The notes beneath the pieces are model-generated. The model saw only the letters and a program-made list of their open reading frames with translations. It was not told the DNA's origin and did no database searches. Source: an uncultured Bacteroidales bacterium (GTDB lineage: Bacteria > Bacteroidota > Bacteroidia > Bacteroidales > Paludibacteraceae). From it: DNA of 64,000 bases. Positions 21,165 to 31,821 of this stretch are shown one piece after another (position 1 is the stretch's first letter; each line of letters opens with the position of its first letter). Where the stretch lies: the NCBI GenBank assembly GCA_944321155.1, contig CALUKG010000001.1:4283-68282 (forward strand), in the 5' to 3' direction. The translations under genes and the position numbers were made by a program.

Positions 21165-22010
21165 CTAACCTATATATTTAATATTGTCTATCAAACGGAC
21201 ATCTCCGCAATAAACAGTAACACAACCAATAGCATTCTTCCATTCCGTTGCCGGCTGCAAAGTATCACAGTCTACTATTTCATAATACTCTACACGCAAA
21301 CCATCTACACGATTAATTTGCTCAATTACCCAACTTTGTACTTGGCAAACACTTTGGCTTGCAGTCAATTGGCGGCTCTCAAACAATATACGTGCTATAT
21401 TGGCAGCTGTTGCACGTTCTGCCGGTGACAAACGTTCATTACGACTACTGCGTGCCAAACCGGAAGTTTCTCTAACAATAGGGCAACTTACTATGATGAC
21501 ATCATAATTCATCAGTTTGACCATACGTTTAATTACAGCTATCTGCTGAAAATCCTTTTCTCCGAAATAGGCACGATAAGGTTGTACCAAATCAAACAAC
21601 TTGCTGACCACTTGCACAACGCCATTAAAATGTCCTGGGCGATGCAAGCCCTCCATCACATGATCCAACCCACCAAAATCGAATTCAAAAGTCTGCGACA
21701 TCTCTTCGGGAGAATACATTTCTTCGGGGGAAGGTGCAAATACCAAATTACATCCCATTTCTGCCAATGCTTCCGTGTCACGCTTCAGGTCACGCGGATA
21801 TTTCTCCAAATCCTCAGGATTATTAAATTGGGTCGGATTGACAAATATGCTAACGACACACACATCATTCTCGTTTGCACACCGTCTGACTAAAGAAAAA
21901 TGGCCCTCATGTAAAGCGCCCATAGTGGGTACAAAACCTATTGTTTTGCCCAAAGCCTTCAAAGCAGAAACATCTGCCAACAGCTCTTTTTTGGTTGTAA
22001 GAATTTTCAT
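21165..22010 (-). CDS. panC: pantoate--beta-alanine ligase
   Basis: 281 aa. VPTMGALHEGHFSL and FGEKDFQQ motifs. Confidence 0.95.
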   Translation of the reverse strand: MKILTTKKELLADVSALKALGKTIGFVPTMGALHEGHFSLVRRCANENDVCVVSIFVNPTQFNNPEDLEKYPRDLKRDTEALAEMGCNLVFAPSPEEMYSPEEMSQTFEFDFGGLDHVMEGLHRPGHFNGVVQVVSKLFDLVQPYRAYFGEKDFQQIAVIKRMVKLMNYDVIIVSCPIVRETSGLARSSRNERLSPAERATAANIARILFESRQLTASQSVCQVQSWVIEQINRVDGLRVEYYEIVDCDTLQPATEWKNAIGCVTVYCGDVRLIDNIKYIG

Positions 22011-22094
22011 ATTGCTGTCCTTTATTCAAAGAATGACCACATTTACATTTCACATCATGCTGCACATGTGTCACGCTTCATCCAAAAGAGTGCG

Positions 22095-22102
22095 CAAAAG
22101 TA
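22095..22102 (-). promoter_or_regulatory. -7 promoter motif TACTTTTG upstream of panC
   Basis: Minus-strand TACTTTTG, about 85 nt upstream of the panC ATG. Confidence 0.35.
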
Positions 22103-22130
22103 CAAAAAATTATTCACTCAAGCCAAACAA

Positions 22131-22378
22131 CCGACAATGCAAAATCATGAAACTTGATTTCTTATTTTGCGTTGCCCTCACCTTTTTTGTATCTTTGAAT
22201 ACGACAGGAGGCGGTTCGGCAAAGTCAAATTCCAAAACTTCGTTTTCCAATTTGACTTTGCGCTCGCCTTTCACTATCTTTGGAGAAGATAGGCTACGGT
22301 TCGGCAAAATCAAATTCTAAAACTTCGTTTCACATTTGTCTCTGCACTCATCTTGCACTATCTTTGCTGCAAGAAAAA
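22131..22378 (+). repeat. three tandem ~85-bp modules, each containing a complete -33 TTTG / -7 TATCTTTG promoter
   Basis: Modules span about 22131-22209, 22210-22293 and 22294-22378. TTTG sits at 22166, 22251 and 22335, and TATCTTTG at 22190, 22275 and 22359, each with a 20-nt spacer. Modules 2 and 3 look about 80 percent identical by eye; module 1 is more diverged. Confidence 0.7.
22335..22366 (+). promoter_or_regulatory. proximal promoter of the Smr-domain gene
   Basis: TTTG-N20-TATCTTTG ending 22 nt before ATG 22389. Confidence 0.55.
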
Positions 22379-22388
22379 AACATAGAAG

Positions 22389-23447
22389 ATGAAAAAATTG
22401 AACATAGGAGACAACGTTCGTTTCCTCAATGAAATAGGAGGAGGAATTATCGTAAAGATTGACGAACAGACCAAAATGGTATATGTGCAAGATGCCGATG
22501 GATTTGAAATTCCTGTTCTTCCACAAGAATGTGTTGTGGTAAATAATGTCAAGGAAAACAATTTTCCAATAGCGGCAAAAGAAGAGAATCCATTACCTAC
22601 AACTTCCTCATCCACCAACATTACTGAAAAAAAAGTATTACAAATTATTGAGACACCGGAAGGGGAAGAATTGAATGTTATTCTTGCATTTGTACCATGC
22701 AATATCAAAACATTACAGACAACCAATTACGATTGTTATATCATCAATGACAGCAACTACCAGTTGTTTTACAACATTGCCTCAATAAGTGGAACAAAGG
22801 CACGCAGTCTGGCTAATGGCCAAATAGAACCAAACATGCAGGAGCAGATAGCAACCATCACCAAAGATGAGCTGAACGATTGGGAAAAAATCCGTACGCA
22901 AGTTATTCCATTTAAATTAGAGAAAAGCTACGAACTGCAAAATACCATCGATTGTACTATAAGGATTAATCCCACAAAGTTTTACAAGCTCCATTGTTTC
23001 AGTGAGAGTGTATATTTTGACGCCCCAAGCATTGAGTACAACTTAGCCATTGAAGCTAATAAAAACAAACTGGAAGACATCAAGGCTGAAGACATAAAAG
23101 AGGCAATGATGTCAAAAGAGGCTAAACAACCCACCAAACGCCCCATCATCAAAAACGAGAAAAAGGAAATCATAGAAGTAGATTTACATATCAACCAATT
23201 GTTAGACAATACCAACGGATTGCAGCCTGCTGATATGCTCCACTATCAAATGGAGGTGTTCCATAAAACTCTGGCTGAACACAAGAAGCATAAAGGTCAA
23301 AAAATTGTCTTTATACATGGTAAAGGGGAAGGCGTCCTTCGAAAGGAGATTGAGAAGGCATTAAAAAGCAAATACAAAGATTACACATTTCAAGATGCAT
23401 CATTCCGCGAATATGGATATGGTGCCACATTGGTAACTATCAGATAA
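22389..23447 (+). CDS. Smr domain protein (DUF2027-like N-terminal region + C-terminal Smr/MutS2-type nuclease domain)
   Basis: 352 aa. C-terminal EVDLH...FIHGKGEGVLRKEI...GATLVTIR is a Smr domain. Confidence 0.8.
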   Translation: MKKLNIGDNVRFLNEIGGGIIVKIDEQTKMVYVQDADGFEIPVLPQECVVVNNVKENNFPIAAKEENPLPTTSSSTNITEKKVLQIIETPEGEELNVILAFVPCNIKTLQTTNYDCYIINDSNYQLFYNIASISGTKARSLANGQIEPNMQEQIATITKDELNDWEKIRTQVIPFKLEKSYELQNTIDCTIRINPTKFYKLHCFSESVYFDAPSIEYNLAIEANKNKLEDIKAEDIKEAMMSKEAKQPTKRPIIKNEKKEIIEVDLHINQLLDNTNGLQPADMLHYQMEVFHKTLAEHKKHKGQKIVFIHGKGEGVLRKEIEKALKSKYKDYTFQDASFREYGYGATLVTIR

Positions 23448-23448
23448 A

Positions 23449-24267
23449 ATGGAGAAGATTGCAGTTATTACGGGCGCAAGCAGTGGAATTGGACTGGCAA
23501 CAGCAATGCTTTTAGAGAAAAAGGGGTGGATTGTATATGCATTGTCAAGGAGTGGGAAAAGCAAACAGGACAATACTGTGGTGCCCCAACGTATCATTCA
23601 TCTGAAAGCAGATGTAAACGAAAAACAGACATTGGACAATGCCCTTTGCCAAATCCTCTCACAACACCAGCAAATTGATGCTTTGGTGTGTAACGCAGGA
23701 AACGGCATTGCAGGAGCAATCGAAGATACATCGGCAGAAGAAGCCAAATACCAATTCCAAACAACTTTCTTTGGCGTGCATAACACCATCTGTACGTTTC
23801 TTCCACAGATGAGGCAGCAAAAGAATGGTAAAATCATTATCATATCATCTGTAGCCGGATTTGTACCTATTCCATTCCAAGCATTTTATGCTGCTGCAAA
23901 ATCAGCTTTATTATCCTATGCAAAATCATTGTCAATGGAAATAAAGCCATTTGGATTGCAGTGTTGCGCCATTTTACCTGGTGATACAAAAACTCACTTC
24001 ACTTCCAACAGAATCATTGCCGAACGAGCCAAATCACCCAGTTCGCCCTACTCCATTACAATGGAACGGTCTGTACGCAAGATGGAGGAAGATGAGAAAA
24101 ATGGAATTGCAGCAGAAGTAATCGCGCAATGTATCGCCAAACAAATACAACAAAAACGCATGGCACCTGTAACAGTCCCATGCGTTCAGTATAAATTAAT
24201 CGCTTTCCTTTTGAGATTACTCCCCAACAAACCCGCTCTTTATCTCATCGGACGACTTTATGCCTAA
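23449..24267 (+). CDS. SDR family oxidoreductase
   Basis: 272 aa. VITGASSGIG and YAAAKSAL motifs. Confidence 0.88.
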   Translation: MEKIAVITGASSGIGLATAMLLEKKGWIVYALSRSGKSKQDNTVVPQRIIHLKADVNEKQTLDNALCQILSQHQQIDALVCNAGNGIAGAIEDTSAEEAKYQFQTTFFGVHNTICTFLPQMRQQKNGKIIIISSVAGFVPIPFQAFYAAAKSALLSYAKSLSMEIKPFGLQCCAILPGDTKTHFTSNRIIAERAKSPSSPYSITMERSVRKMEEDEKNGIAAEVIAQCIAKQIQQKRMAPVTVPCVQYKLIAFLLRLLPNKPALYLIGRLYA

Positions 24268-24668
24268 AGCACTATATTGGAGCGAATAGAAGATGCTATT
24301 TGCTCCATTTCCTCTGCTGAAAGTGACAATTTAGGATTAGCAAACGACATATCTGACTCTTTCATTAAAGGTACGAGATGTATATGAACATGCGGTACCT
24401 CCATACCTAAAACAGCCACACCAACACGCTTGCAACCGGTCGCTTCCTTTATTCCTGCAGCAACACGTTTGGCAAAAACCATCATATCGCCCAACAACTG
24501 GTCATCCAAATTAAAAATATAATCTTCTTCGGGTTCATCCAATTTGGGCACAACCAACGTATGGCCTTTTACCATAGGATTGATATCAAGAAACGCATAG
24601 AAACGCTCATCCTCGGCAATTTTATAACTAGGAATTTCTCCCTTAATGATTTTACTAAAGATTGTCAT
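24264..24668 (-). CDS. HIT family protein
   Basis: 134 aa. Histidine triad HVHIHLVP. Its stop overlaps the convergent SDR stop (CTAA). Confidence 0.9.
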   Translation of the reverse strand: MTIFSKIIKGEIPSYKIAEDERFYAFLDINPMVKGHTLVVPKLDEPEEDYIFNLDDQLLGDMMVFAKRVAAGIKEATGCKRVGVAVLGMEVPHVHIHLVPLMKESDMSFANPKLSLSAEEMEQIASSIRSNIVL

Positions 24669-24686
24669 AGCCGTTCTATTTAGTGT

Positions 24687-25157
24687 TTACAAAGAAATCT
24701 CCATAATTTCAAACTCCATTATTCCAGAAGGGACCTTTACCTGAGCTATCTCACCCACTTTTTTACCCAGTAGCCCTTTGGCGATAGGGGTTGTAACAGA
24801 CAATTTTCCTTCCTTCAGGTTTGCTTCGCTTTCAGAAACAATCATATAAGTCATAACTTGTCCGTTCTTTACGTTCTTTATTTTTACACGGGTCAATATT
24901 TGTACTTCGTTCGTATTGATTCGAGATTCATCTATCAAACGAGCAGATGCAATAGTGTCTTTCAACAAAGCTATCTTCATTTCCAACATCCCTTGTGCTT
25001 CCTTTGCGGCATCATATTCCGCATTCTCACTCAAGTCACCTTTATCACGTGCCTCTGCTATCTGCTTGGATATCAATGGACGCTGCACACCTTCGAGTTC
25101 TGCTAATTCTTCCGTCAATTTCTTATAACCTTCAGCGGTCATATATGTCACTGCCAT
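24687..25157 (-). CDS. greA: transcription elongation factor GreA
   Basis: 156 aa. GDLSENAEYDAAKEAQ motif in the coiled-coil domain. Confidence 0.94.
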   Translation of the reverse strand: MAVTYMTAEGYKKLTEELAELEGVQRPLISKQIAEARDKGDLSENAEYDAAKEAQGMLEMKIALLKDTIASARLIDESRINTNEVQILTRVKIKNVKNGQVMTYMIVSESEANLKEGKLSVTTPIAKGLLGKKVGEIAQVKVPSGIMEFEIMEISL

Positions 25158-25315
25158 AACTATACTATTTTAATTTCATTAAACCTATTCATTCTATAAA
25201 TACAACAAGAATTCTGTAACCAGAACTCTTGTCAAGCAAACATTCAAGATAAGCAAACGTCCTACCTGTTTCTCGTTTGCGTGCCTATTAAAGGCATTTA
25301 TTTGTGTAATTTCAA

Positions 25316-25807
25316 TCAATCATTAAACTTGGGTTTTAATATCTCGGAATAGACAAAAGCCCGCTTTACATCATCCAATGAATCAAATGCCCAAGTCGTA
25401 TTTGAATTTGTACTATTTTCCTGCCCCTCAGCGACAAGCTTTCGCTTATCTTGCAACAATACATTTTTTTTACCCTCTTTCTGGTCCTGCACCTCAACAG
25501 TCAAATTCACCTCATTAGTTGCAGTCCCTTTATTATCATCTGAAACTGTTTTATCAAAAGAGATTTCCTGAACCGGGAATACTTCCGTCAAAGTATCATC
25601 AGACGGAGCATTATCTCCTTCCAATTCTGTCTGACGTTTCAATTCCCGCATCAACTCCTCCCATGAGACTCTTTTACCAAGAGGTTCGCCATCACTTTCT
25701 GACTTATCCTGCGTCTTAGCTAGCACTTTCTTACGCTTTCTAAAAACAAATAGAAGAAGCATAAGAAACAAGTAGAACAAAAAAGAATAATCAGCCAATA
25801 TATCCAT
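25316..25807 (-). CDS. hypothetical single-pass membrane protein
   Basis: 163 aa. N-terminal TM segment (YSFLFYLFLMLLLFVF) followed by an acidic/polar region. It has its own TATATTTG motif 20 nt upstream. Confidence 0.55.
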   Translation of the reverse strand: MDILADYSFLFYLFLMLLLFVFRKRKKVLAKTQDKSESDGEPLGKRVSWEELMRELKRQTELEGDNAPSDDTLTEVFPVQEISFDKTVSDDNKGTATNEVNLTVEVQDQKEGKKNVLLQDKRKLVAEGQENSTNSNTTWAFDSLDDVKRAFVYSEILKPKFND

Positions 25808-25827
25808 GATAACCTATGTTTGCCAGG

Positions 25828-25835
25828 CAAATATA
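25828..25835 (-). promoter_or_regulatory. -7 promoter motif TATATTTG for the 163-aa membrane protein
   Basis: Minus-strand TATATTTG, 20 nt upstream of ATG 25807. Confidence 0.4.
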
Positions 25836-25871
25836 GAAATAAATCAACAACAAAGCAAACAAACCTTTTGA

Positions 25872-25906
25872 TAAAAAGAAAAGAGCCTACAAAAATGTAG
25901 GCTCTT
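25872..25906 (-). terminator. rho-independent terminator ending the ribosomal alpha operon (after rplQ)
   Basis: 11-bp stem AAGAGCCTACA/TGTAGGCTCTT with loop AAAA, followed on the minus strand by TTCTTTTTATC. Confidence 0.7.
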
Positions 25907-25927
25907 ATTATCATAAGAATCTACCGA

Positions 25928-26389
25928 TTATTCTTCAGTCTTCACTTCTTCTGCTGGTTTTTCAGCAGTTTTCTTTGAAGAACGACGAGTACGGGTTGCT
26001 TTCTTAGGTGCTTTAGCTTTCAACATGTTTTCGTTGTAATCAACCAACTCAATAATACACATTTCAGCAGCATCACCTTTTCTGAAACCAGTACGTAAAA
26101 TACGAGTATAGCCACCTGGACGGTCAGCAATCTTAACTCCCACTTCGCGGAACAATTCAGTAACCACTGTTTTATCCTTCAACAAAGAGAAGACCAAACG
26201 GCGGTTATTCATTGAATCTTCTTTAGAACGTGTCAAAATCGGCTCAACATATACGCGCAAAGCCTTTGCCTTTGCCAAGGTTGTGGCAATTCTTTTGTGC
26301 TTAACCAAAGAGCAAGCCATATTTGCCAGCATAGCTCTACGATGAGAAGCAGTTCTTCCTAAATGATTGAATTTCTTATTGTGTCTCAT
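25928..26389 (-). CDS. rplQ: 50S ribosomal protein L17
   Basis: [21 protein letters not shown]...; last gene of the alpha operon. Confidence 0.97.
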   Translation of the reverse strand: MRHNKKFNHLGRTASHRRAMLANMACSLVKHKRIATTLAKAKALRVYVEPILTRSKEDSMNNRRLVFSLLKDKTVVTELFREVGVKIADRPGGYTRILRTGFRKGDAAEMCIIELVDYNENMLKAKAPKKATRTRRSSKKTAEKPAEEVKTEE

Positions 26390-26391
26390 TT

Positions 26392-27384
26392 TTATTCCTT
26401 GTCTAATTTATATTTAGAAATATCCATACCGAAAGACAAGTTATATTTTTCCAATACCTCATCCAATTCGGTCAAAGATTTTTTGCCGAAGTTACGGAAC
26501 TTCAACAAATCATTACGATGGAAACTTACCAACTGACCTAAAGTATCAACATCAGCAGCCTTCAAACAGTTCAATGCGCGGACAGAAAGGTCCATATCAA
26601 CCAAACGTGTTTTCAGCAATTGACGCATATGCAACACTTCTTCATCAAAGTCTTCGTTCACATCACCCTCTTGTTTTTCAATCATGATTTTCTCGTCAGA
26701 GAACAACATGAAATGGAAAATAAGAATCTTCGCTGCCTCTTTCAGTGCATCTTTAGGATGAATAGAACCATCAGTGGTTATTTCCAACACCAACTTCTCA
26801 TAGTCCGTTTTCTGTTCTACACGATATGGTTCAATCGTATATTTTACATTACGGATAGGAGTGTAAATTGAGTCAATAGGAATAATACCTATCTCTGCAT
26901 TAGGAACACGATTCTCATCTGCAGGCACATAACCACGACCCTTATTAATCGTAAGTTCAATTGTAAAATGAGCGCTCTCGTCCATTCTACAAATCACCAA
27001 TTCAGGGTTCAACACCTCAAAATTAGTTAAATGCTTGCTGATATCACCCGCCGTAAACTCTTTAGTGTTTGACAATTCCACTGTAACTACTTCACCTTCA
27101 GCATCATCAACAATACTTTTGAAACGTACTTGTTTAAGAGCCAGGATCATATTGGTTACATCGTCTATCACACCGGGAATAGTGGCAAACTCATGATCAA
27201 CACCACTAATCTTAATCGAAGTAATAGCATATCCCTCTAAAGAAGATAAAAGAATACGGCGCAAAGCATTACCGATCGTAATTCCATAACCAGGTTCGAG
27301 AGGTCTGAATTCAAAAGCACCTTTGAATGGAGATGACTCCAACATGATTACTTTTTCTGGTTTTTGAAATGCTAATATTGCCAT
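26392..27384 (-). CDS. rpoA: DNA-directed RNA polymerase subunit alpha
   Basis: 330 aa. [14 protein letters not shown] in the N-terminal domain; C-terminal domain [13 protein letters not shown]. Confidence 0.97.
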   Translation of the reverse strand: MAILAFQKPEKVIMLESSPFKGAFEFRPLEPGYGITIGNALRRILLSSLEGYAITSIKISGVDHEFATIPGVIDDVTNMILALKQVRFKSIVDDAEGEVVTVELSNTKEFTAGDISKHLTNFEVLNPELVICRMDESAHFTIELTINKGRGYVPADENRVPNAEIGIIPIDSIYTPIRNVKYTIEPYRVEQKTDYEKLVLEITTDGSIHPKDALKEAAKILIFHFMLFSDEKIMIEKQEGDVNEDFDEEVLHMRQLLKTRLVDMDLSVRALNCLKAADVDTLGQLVSFHRNDLLKFRNFGKKSLTELDEVLEKYNLSFGMDISKYKLDKE

Positions 27385-27392
27385 GAATCTTA

Positions 27393-27998
27393 TTATTTAG
27401 AGTACAATTCGACGATTAATTGTTCTTTGATGTTTTCAGGTATATCTTCACGTGCAGGAACGTGCAAGAAAGTACCAGACATTGAAGATTCATTCCATTC
27501 AATCCAAGGATATTTGCTGTGGTTAAATCCAGCCAAAGAATCAAGGATTACTTCCAATGATTTAGCTTTTTCGCGGACACCAACAACTTGACCAGGCTTT
27601 ACATGGCATGAAGGGATATTTACAACCTTACCATCCAATGTTATATGTTTGTGGCTAACCAACTGACGAGCAGCAGCACGTGTTTTAGCCAAGCCTAAAC
27701 GATAAACAACATTATCAAGGCGTGATTCAAGCAATTGAAGCAAAACTTCACCGGTAATACCTTTAGTACGTTGAGCTTTTTCGAAAAGGATTCTAAATTG
27801 TCTTTCCAAAACGCCATAGGTGTATTTTGCTTTTTGTTTTTCACGCAACTGAATACCATATTCAGAAGTCTTGCGACGTCTGTTTTGTCCATGTTGTCCG
27901 GGAGGATAGTTCTTCTTTGTCAAAACTTTATCAGCTCCAAAAATGGGTTCACCAAATTTACGGGCAATTTTTGATTTAGGTCCAATATATCTTGCCAT
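27393..27998 (-). CDS. rpsD: 30S ribosomal protein S4
   Basis: [21 protein letters not shown]...; 201 aa. Confidence 0.97.
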   Translation of the reverse strand: MARYIGPKSKIARKFGEPIFGADKVLTKKNYPPGQHGQNRRRKTSEYGIQLREKQKAKYTYGVLERQFRILFEKAQRTKGITGEVLLQLLESRLDNVVYRLGLAKTRAAARQLVSHKHITLDGKVVNIPSCHVKPGQVVGVREKAKSLEVILDSLAGFNHSKYPWIEWNESSMSGTFLHVPAREDIPENIKEQLIVELYSK

Positions 27999-28024
27999 TT
28001 TCTTTCTCTTTTTTAAAAGTTAAA

Positions 28025-28414
28025 CTATACTCTTCTACGTTTTGGAGGACGACATCCGTTGTGTGGTAATGGAGTAACATCAACAATTTCCACAACTTCA
28101 ATACCTGCACCATGGCATGTACGAATTGCAGATTCACGTCCATTACCTGGTCCCTTTACATAAGCCTTAACTTTTCTCAAGCCAAGGTCATAAGCAACCT
28201 TTGCACAATCTTGTGCAGCCATTTGAGCCGCATAAGGAGTATTTTTCTTTGATCCACGGAATCCCATTTTACCTGCGGAAGACCATGAAATAACTTGTCC
28301 TTCGCTATTTGCGATAGTAACAATCACATTATTAAAAGATGAGTGAACATGGAGTTGGCCTATCCCCTCCACTTTTACAACTCGTTTCTTTGTTGCTACT
28401 GTTTTCTTTGCCAT
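28025..28414 (-). CDS. rpsK: 30S ribosomal protein S11
   Basis: 129 aa. ...[14 protein letters not shown]...[16 protein letters not shown]. Confidence 0.97.
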   Translation of the reverse strand: MAKKTVATKKRVVKVEGIGQLHVHSSFNNVIVTIANSEGQVISWSSAGKMGFRGSKKNTPYAAQMAAQDCAKVAYDLGLRKVKAYVKGPGNGRESAIRTCHGAGIEVVEIVDVTPLPHNGCRPPKRRRV

Positions 28415-28455
28415 ATTATAATAATTTATACTTCTAAAATCCGCAACAGTTTAGA

Positions 28456-28836
28456 TTATTTCGTTGCTTTCTTCTTATTTGCAACCGTTTTCTTCTTACC
28501 TTTACGTGTACGAGCATTATTTTTAGTGCTTTGACCACGTACTGGTAAACCAATACGGTGACGAACTCCACGATAACAACCAATGTCCATCAAGCGCTTG
28601 ATGTTCAACTGTATCTCCGAACGCAAATCACCTTCAACTTTATATTCGCTACTGATGATTTCACGGATTTTAGCAGCTTGGTCGTCAGTCCAATCTTTAA
28701 CTTTGATGTTAATATCAACACCTGCTTTTTCCAAAATTCTTTTAGCACTACTGCGACCTATTCCGTAGATATAAGTCAACCCGACTTCCCCGCGCTTATT
28801 TTGGGGCAAATCTACTCCGACAATTCTTATAGCCAT
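28456..28836 (-). CDS. rpsM: 30S ribosomal protein S13
   Basis: [27 protein letters not shown]...; 126 aa. Confidence 0.97.
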   Translation of the reverse strand: MAIRIVGVDLPQNKRGEVGLTYIYGIGRSSAKRILEKAGVDINIKVKDWTDDQAAKIREIISSEYKVEGDLRSEIQLNIKRLMDIGCYRGVRHRIGLPVRGQSTKNNARTRKGKKKTVANKKKATK

Positions 28837-28867
28837 AATTACTTATTAAATTAACTGGTTTATCCTA

Positions 28868-28984
28868 CTATCCTTGACGTTGTTTATACTTAGGATTTTT
28901 TTTGTTGATTACATAAAGACGGCCCTTTCTGCGAACCATCTTGCAGTCTGCACTGCGTTTCTTAATTGAAGCTCTTACTTTCAT
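28868..28984 (-). CDS. rpmJ: 50S ribosomal protein L36
   Basis: Not in the ORF track (under 60 aa). The minus-strand translation is [38 protein letters not shown], lying between infA and rpsM as expected. Confidence 0.93.
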   Translation of the reverse strand: MKVRASIKKRSADCKMVRRKGRLYVINKKNPKYKQRQG

Positions 28985-28996
28985 GAGTTTATTCTT

Positions 28997-29215
28997 TTAT
29001 TTATATCTAAACGAAATTCTTCCTTTCGACAAATCATAAGGAGACATTTCCACTTTCACTTTATCACCAGGTAAAATTCTTATATAATGCATACGCATTT
29101 TCCCTGAGATATGTGCAGTAATTACATGTCCGTTTTCGAGTTCTACTCGAAACATTGCATTAGACAATGCCTCCAAAATGGTTCCGTCCTGCTCAATTGC
29201 TGCTTGTTTTGCCAT
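28997..29215 (-). CDS. infA: translation initiation factor IF-1
   Basis: 72 aa. [30 protein letters not shown]... Confidence 0.97.
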   Translation of the reverse strand: MAKQAAIEQDGTILEALSNAMFRVELENGHVITAHISGKMRMHYIRILPGDKVKVEMSPYDLSKGRISFRYK

Positions 29216-29216
29216 A

Positions 29217-30002
29217 TTAAATTGCTCTAGTTCCTAATACTTTTTCAATTTCTTCAAATGAAGATAATATATCTGCTCTTCCCTCACGAATTGCTATCGA
29301 ATGTTCGAAGTGTGCAGCAGGCATCCTATCAAGTGTTCTAACTGTCCAGCCATCGTTTTCAAAATAGACATGTCGCTTACCCATAACAATCATGGGCTCA
29401 ATGGCAATAGTCATTCCCTGTTTAAGAACGATACCGTTACCCTTTCTTCCATAATTAGGAACTTCGGGGGCCTCATGCATATCGTGTCCTACACCATGGC
29501 CAACCAACTCTCTCACAACAGAATATCCTGCCGATTCACAATAGGTTTGAACAGCATTTCCAATATCACCAATACGGCGCCCCGGTAAAGCCTGCTCAAT
29601 TCCTTTATACAACGCTTCTTTTGTAGTTTTCAACAGATGTAAAATTTCTGGCTTAACATCTCCAACACAGAAAGTGTATGCAGAATCACCGTGAAAACCA
29701 TTTTTATACACGCCACAATCGACAGAGACGATATCACCTTCTTTCAATACCATTTTGCTAGAAGGTATACCATGAACAACCTGTTCATTAACAGATGTAC
29801 AAATGGAATTTGGATAGCCATCATAACCAAGGAAACCAGGTTCAGCACCATGATCCTTGATGAATTCATAAGCTATCTTATCCAATTGCAAAGTTGTGAT
29901 GCCAGGAGCGATCACCTTGGCCAATTCGGCCAAGGTGCTCCCAATAAGCAAATTACTCTCGCGAAGTAATTCTATCTCTTCATCTGTCTTCAGAAAAATC
30001 AT
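29217..30002 (-). CDS. map: type I methionyl aminopeptidase
   Basis: 261 aa. VVHGIP, DCGV..GFHGD and HGVGHDMHE metal-binding motifs. Confidence 0.95.
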   Translation of the reverse strand: MIFLKTDEEIELLRESNLLIGSTLAELAKVIAPGITTLQLDKIAYEFIKDHGAEPGFLGYDGYPNSICTSVNEQVVHGIPSSKMVLKEGDIVSVDCGVYKNGFHGDSAYTFCVGDVKPEILHLLKTTKEALYKGIEQALPGRRIGDIGNAVQTYCESAGYSVVRELVGHGVGHDMHEAPEVPNYGRKGNGIVLKQGMTIAIEPMIVMGKRHVYFENDGWTVRTLDRMPAAHFEHSIAIREGRADILSSFEEIEKVLGTRAI

Positions 30003-30006
30003 AGTA

Positions 30007-31341
30007 TTAATAAGCTGCTCCTACACGGCCTTTGATTCTTCCTGATTCAAGCAAGCCATCATAGTGACGATTCAGCAAATGGCTTTCTATCTGTTGCAGT
30101 GTGTCCAAAACAACACCTACTAGAATCAGCAAAGAAGTTCCTCCAAAAAATTGAGCAAACTCACGGGTAATACCCAGCAAGGATGCAAAAGCAGGTAAAA
30201 TAGCTACAATTGCTAAGAATATTGATCCCGGCAAAGTAATTCTAGACATAATGGTTTCGATATACTCTGCAGTCTTTTTCCCAGGCTTAACACCAGGAAT
30301 AAAACCATTGTTCAGCTTCATTTGTTCTGCCATCTGTGCAGGATTAATAATAATCGCTGTATAGAAATAAGTGAACAAAATGATTAAGATAGCGAACACA
30401 AGGTTATACCAAAAACCGGTATTATCCATAAATGCTCCAATGAATCCAGCTGCATTCTGAGAATTTGCAAATCCTACCAATGTAATAGGGATAAGCATAA
30501 TTGCCTGTGCAAAAATGATAGGCATAACATTAGCAGCATTTACCTTCAAAGGGATAAATTGTCTAACACCTCCATACTGCATATTACCTACAATACGTTT
30601 AGCGTATTGAACTGGGATTCGACGTGTTCCTTGTACGAGAAGTATTGACAAAGCAATAACCACCAACAAGAAAACAATTTCAAGCAAGAACATAATCAAT
30701 CCACCCCCCGCATCATTCAAACGAGAAACAAATTCTTGAATAACTGCTGATGGGAAGCGGGCAATAATACCTATCAAAATGATAAAAGAGATACCATTGC
30801 CAATACCTTTATCTGTGATACGTTCACCAAGCCACATCACAAACATTGAACCTGCACACAATATGATTGTTGAATAGATTTTAAACCATATTCCAGCTGG
30901 AAGTGCAGAACCTGCGTGTGCTAACTGAACACTTAAATTCACCAAATAAGAAGGACCTTGTACCAAAAGTATAATAACCGTCAGATAACGAGTTATCTGA
31001 TTGATTTTGCGATGGCCGCTTTCACCTTCGCGTTGCAACTTCTGGAAATAAGGAACGGCTATTGTAAGCAATTGTATTACAATTGAGGCTGTAATATATG
31101 GCATGATACCCAATGCAAAGATAGAAGCATTGGAGAAGGCTCCGCCGGAAAACATATCCAGCAAAGCCATCAAACCACCACTTGTCTGTTCTTGCAATTC
31201 AGTCAAAGCAGAAGGGTCGATACCTGGAAGGACAATAAAAGAACCGAAACGATAAATCAAGACAAATAAAAAAGTCGTAATCAAACGTTTGCGAAGATCT
31301 TCAATCTTCCAGATATTTTTTATAGTTTCAATGAGTTTCAT
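30007..31341 (-). CDS. secY: preprotein translocase subunit SecY
   Basis: 444 aa with 10 TM segments. GIMPYITASIV, and its position in the spc operon. Confidence 0.97.
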   Translation of the reverse strand: MKLIETIKNIWKIEDLRKRLITTFLFVLIYRFGSFIVLPGIDPSALTELQEQTSGGLMALLDMFSGGAFSNASIFALGIMPYITASIVIQLLTIAVPYFQKLQREGESGHRKINQITRYLTVIILLVQGPSYLVNLSVQLAHAGSALPAGIWFKIYSTIILCAGSMFVMWLGERITDKGIGNGISFIILIGIIARFPSAVIQEFVSRLNDAGGGLIMFLLEIVFLLVVIALSILLVQGTRRIPVQYAKRIVGNMQYGGVRQFIPLKVNAANVMPIIFAQAIMLIPITLVGFANSQNAAGFIGAFMDNTGFWYNLVFAILIILFTYFYTAIIINPAQMAEQMKLNNGFIPGVKPGKKTAEYIETIMSRITLPGSIFLAIVAILPAFASLLGITREFAQFFGGTSLLILVGVVLDTLQQIESHLLNRHYDGLLESGRIKGRVGAAY

Positions 31342-31344
31342 AGA

Positions 31345-31791
31345 CTACAATTTTACTATAGTTCCACCCAAAGCCGTAATAGCTTCTTCTGCTGCTTTAG
31401 AAAATGCGTGTGCTTCTACGTCCAATTTTACAGTCAAAGCACCGTTCGCCAAAATTTTCACCTTGGCTGATTTTTTAAGATATCCTGCAGCGCGCAAATC
31501 ATCCAAAGTAATTTTCGTAAGGTTGTTTGCTGTTGCCAATGTCTCCAATACAGAAAGATTAACGGCTTTATATTCTACTCGGTTCATGTTTTTGAAACCA
31601 AATTTAGGCAAACGACGTTGAATTGGCATTTGACCACCTTCAAATCCGATTTTCTTTGAATAGCCAGAACGCGATTTAGCTCCTTTATGACCACGAGTAG
31701 CAGTACCTCCGAGACCAGATCCAGAACCACGTCCTACACGTTTGCGAGTCTTAACAGAGCCTAATGCAGGCTGCAAATTACTTAAATCCAT
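31345..31791 (-). CDS. rplO: 50S ribosomal protein L15
   Basis: 148 aa. RVGRGSGSGLGGTATRGHKG. Confidence 0.97.
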   Translation of the reverse strand: MDLSNLQPALGSVKTRKRVGRGSGSGLGGTATRGHKGAKSRSGYSKKIGFEGGQMPIQRRLPKFGFKNMNRVEYKAVNLSVLETLATANNLTKITLDDLRAAGYLKKSAKVKILANGALTVKLDVEAHAFSKAAEEAITALGGTIVKL

Positions 31792-31821
31792 ATTATTAAG
31801 TTTTTAATCTCAAATTAATAA

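Noticed and set aside
21775-22320. 181-aa plus-strand ORF and the 67-aa minus-strand ORF (22110..22313) across the panC/Smr intergenic region
   Set aside because: The first is antisense to panC for half its length. Both run through the tandem promoter modules, so their repeated peptide segments derive from repeated DNA.
24264-24267. Four-nt overlap of the convergent stop codons of the SDR and HIT genes (CTAA), and the 4-nt dnaG/DUF4250 convergent gap at 2179-2182
   Set aside because: These are real but commonplace compact gene ends. There is no additional structure to interpret.
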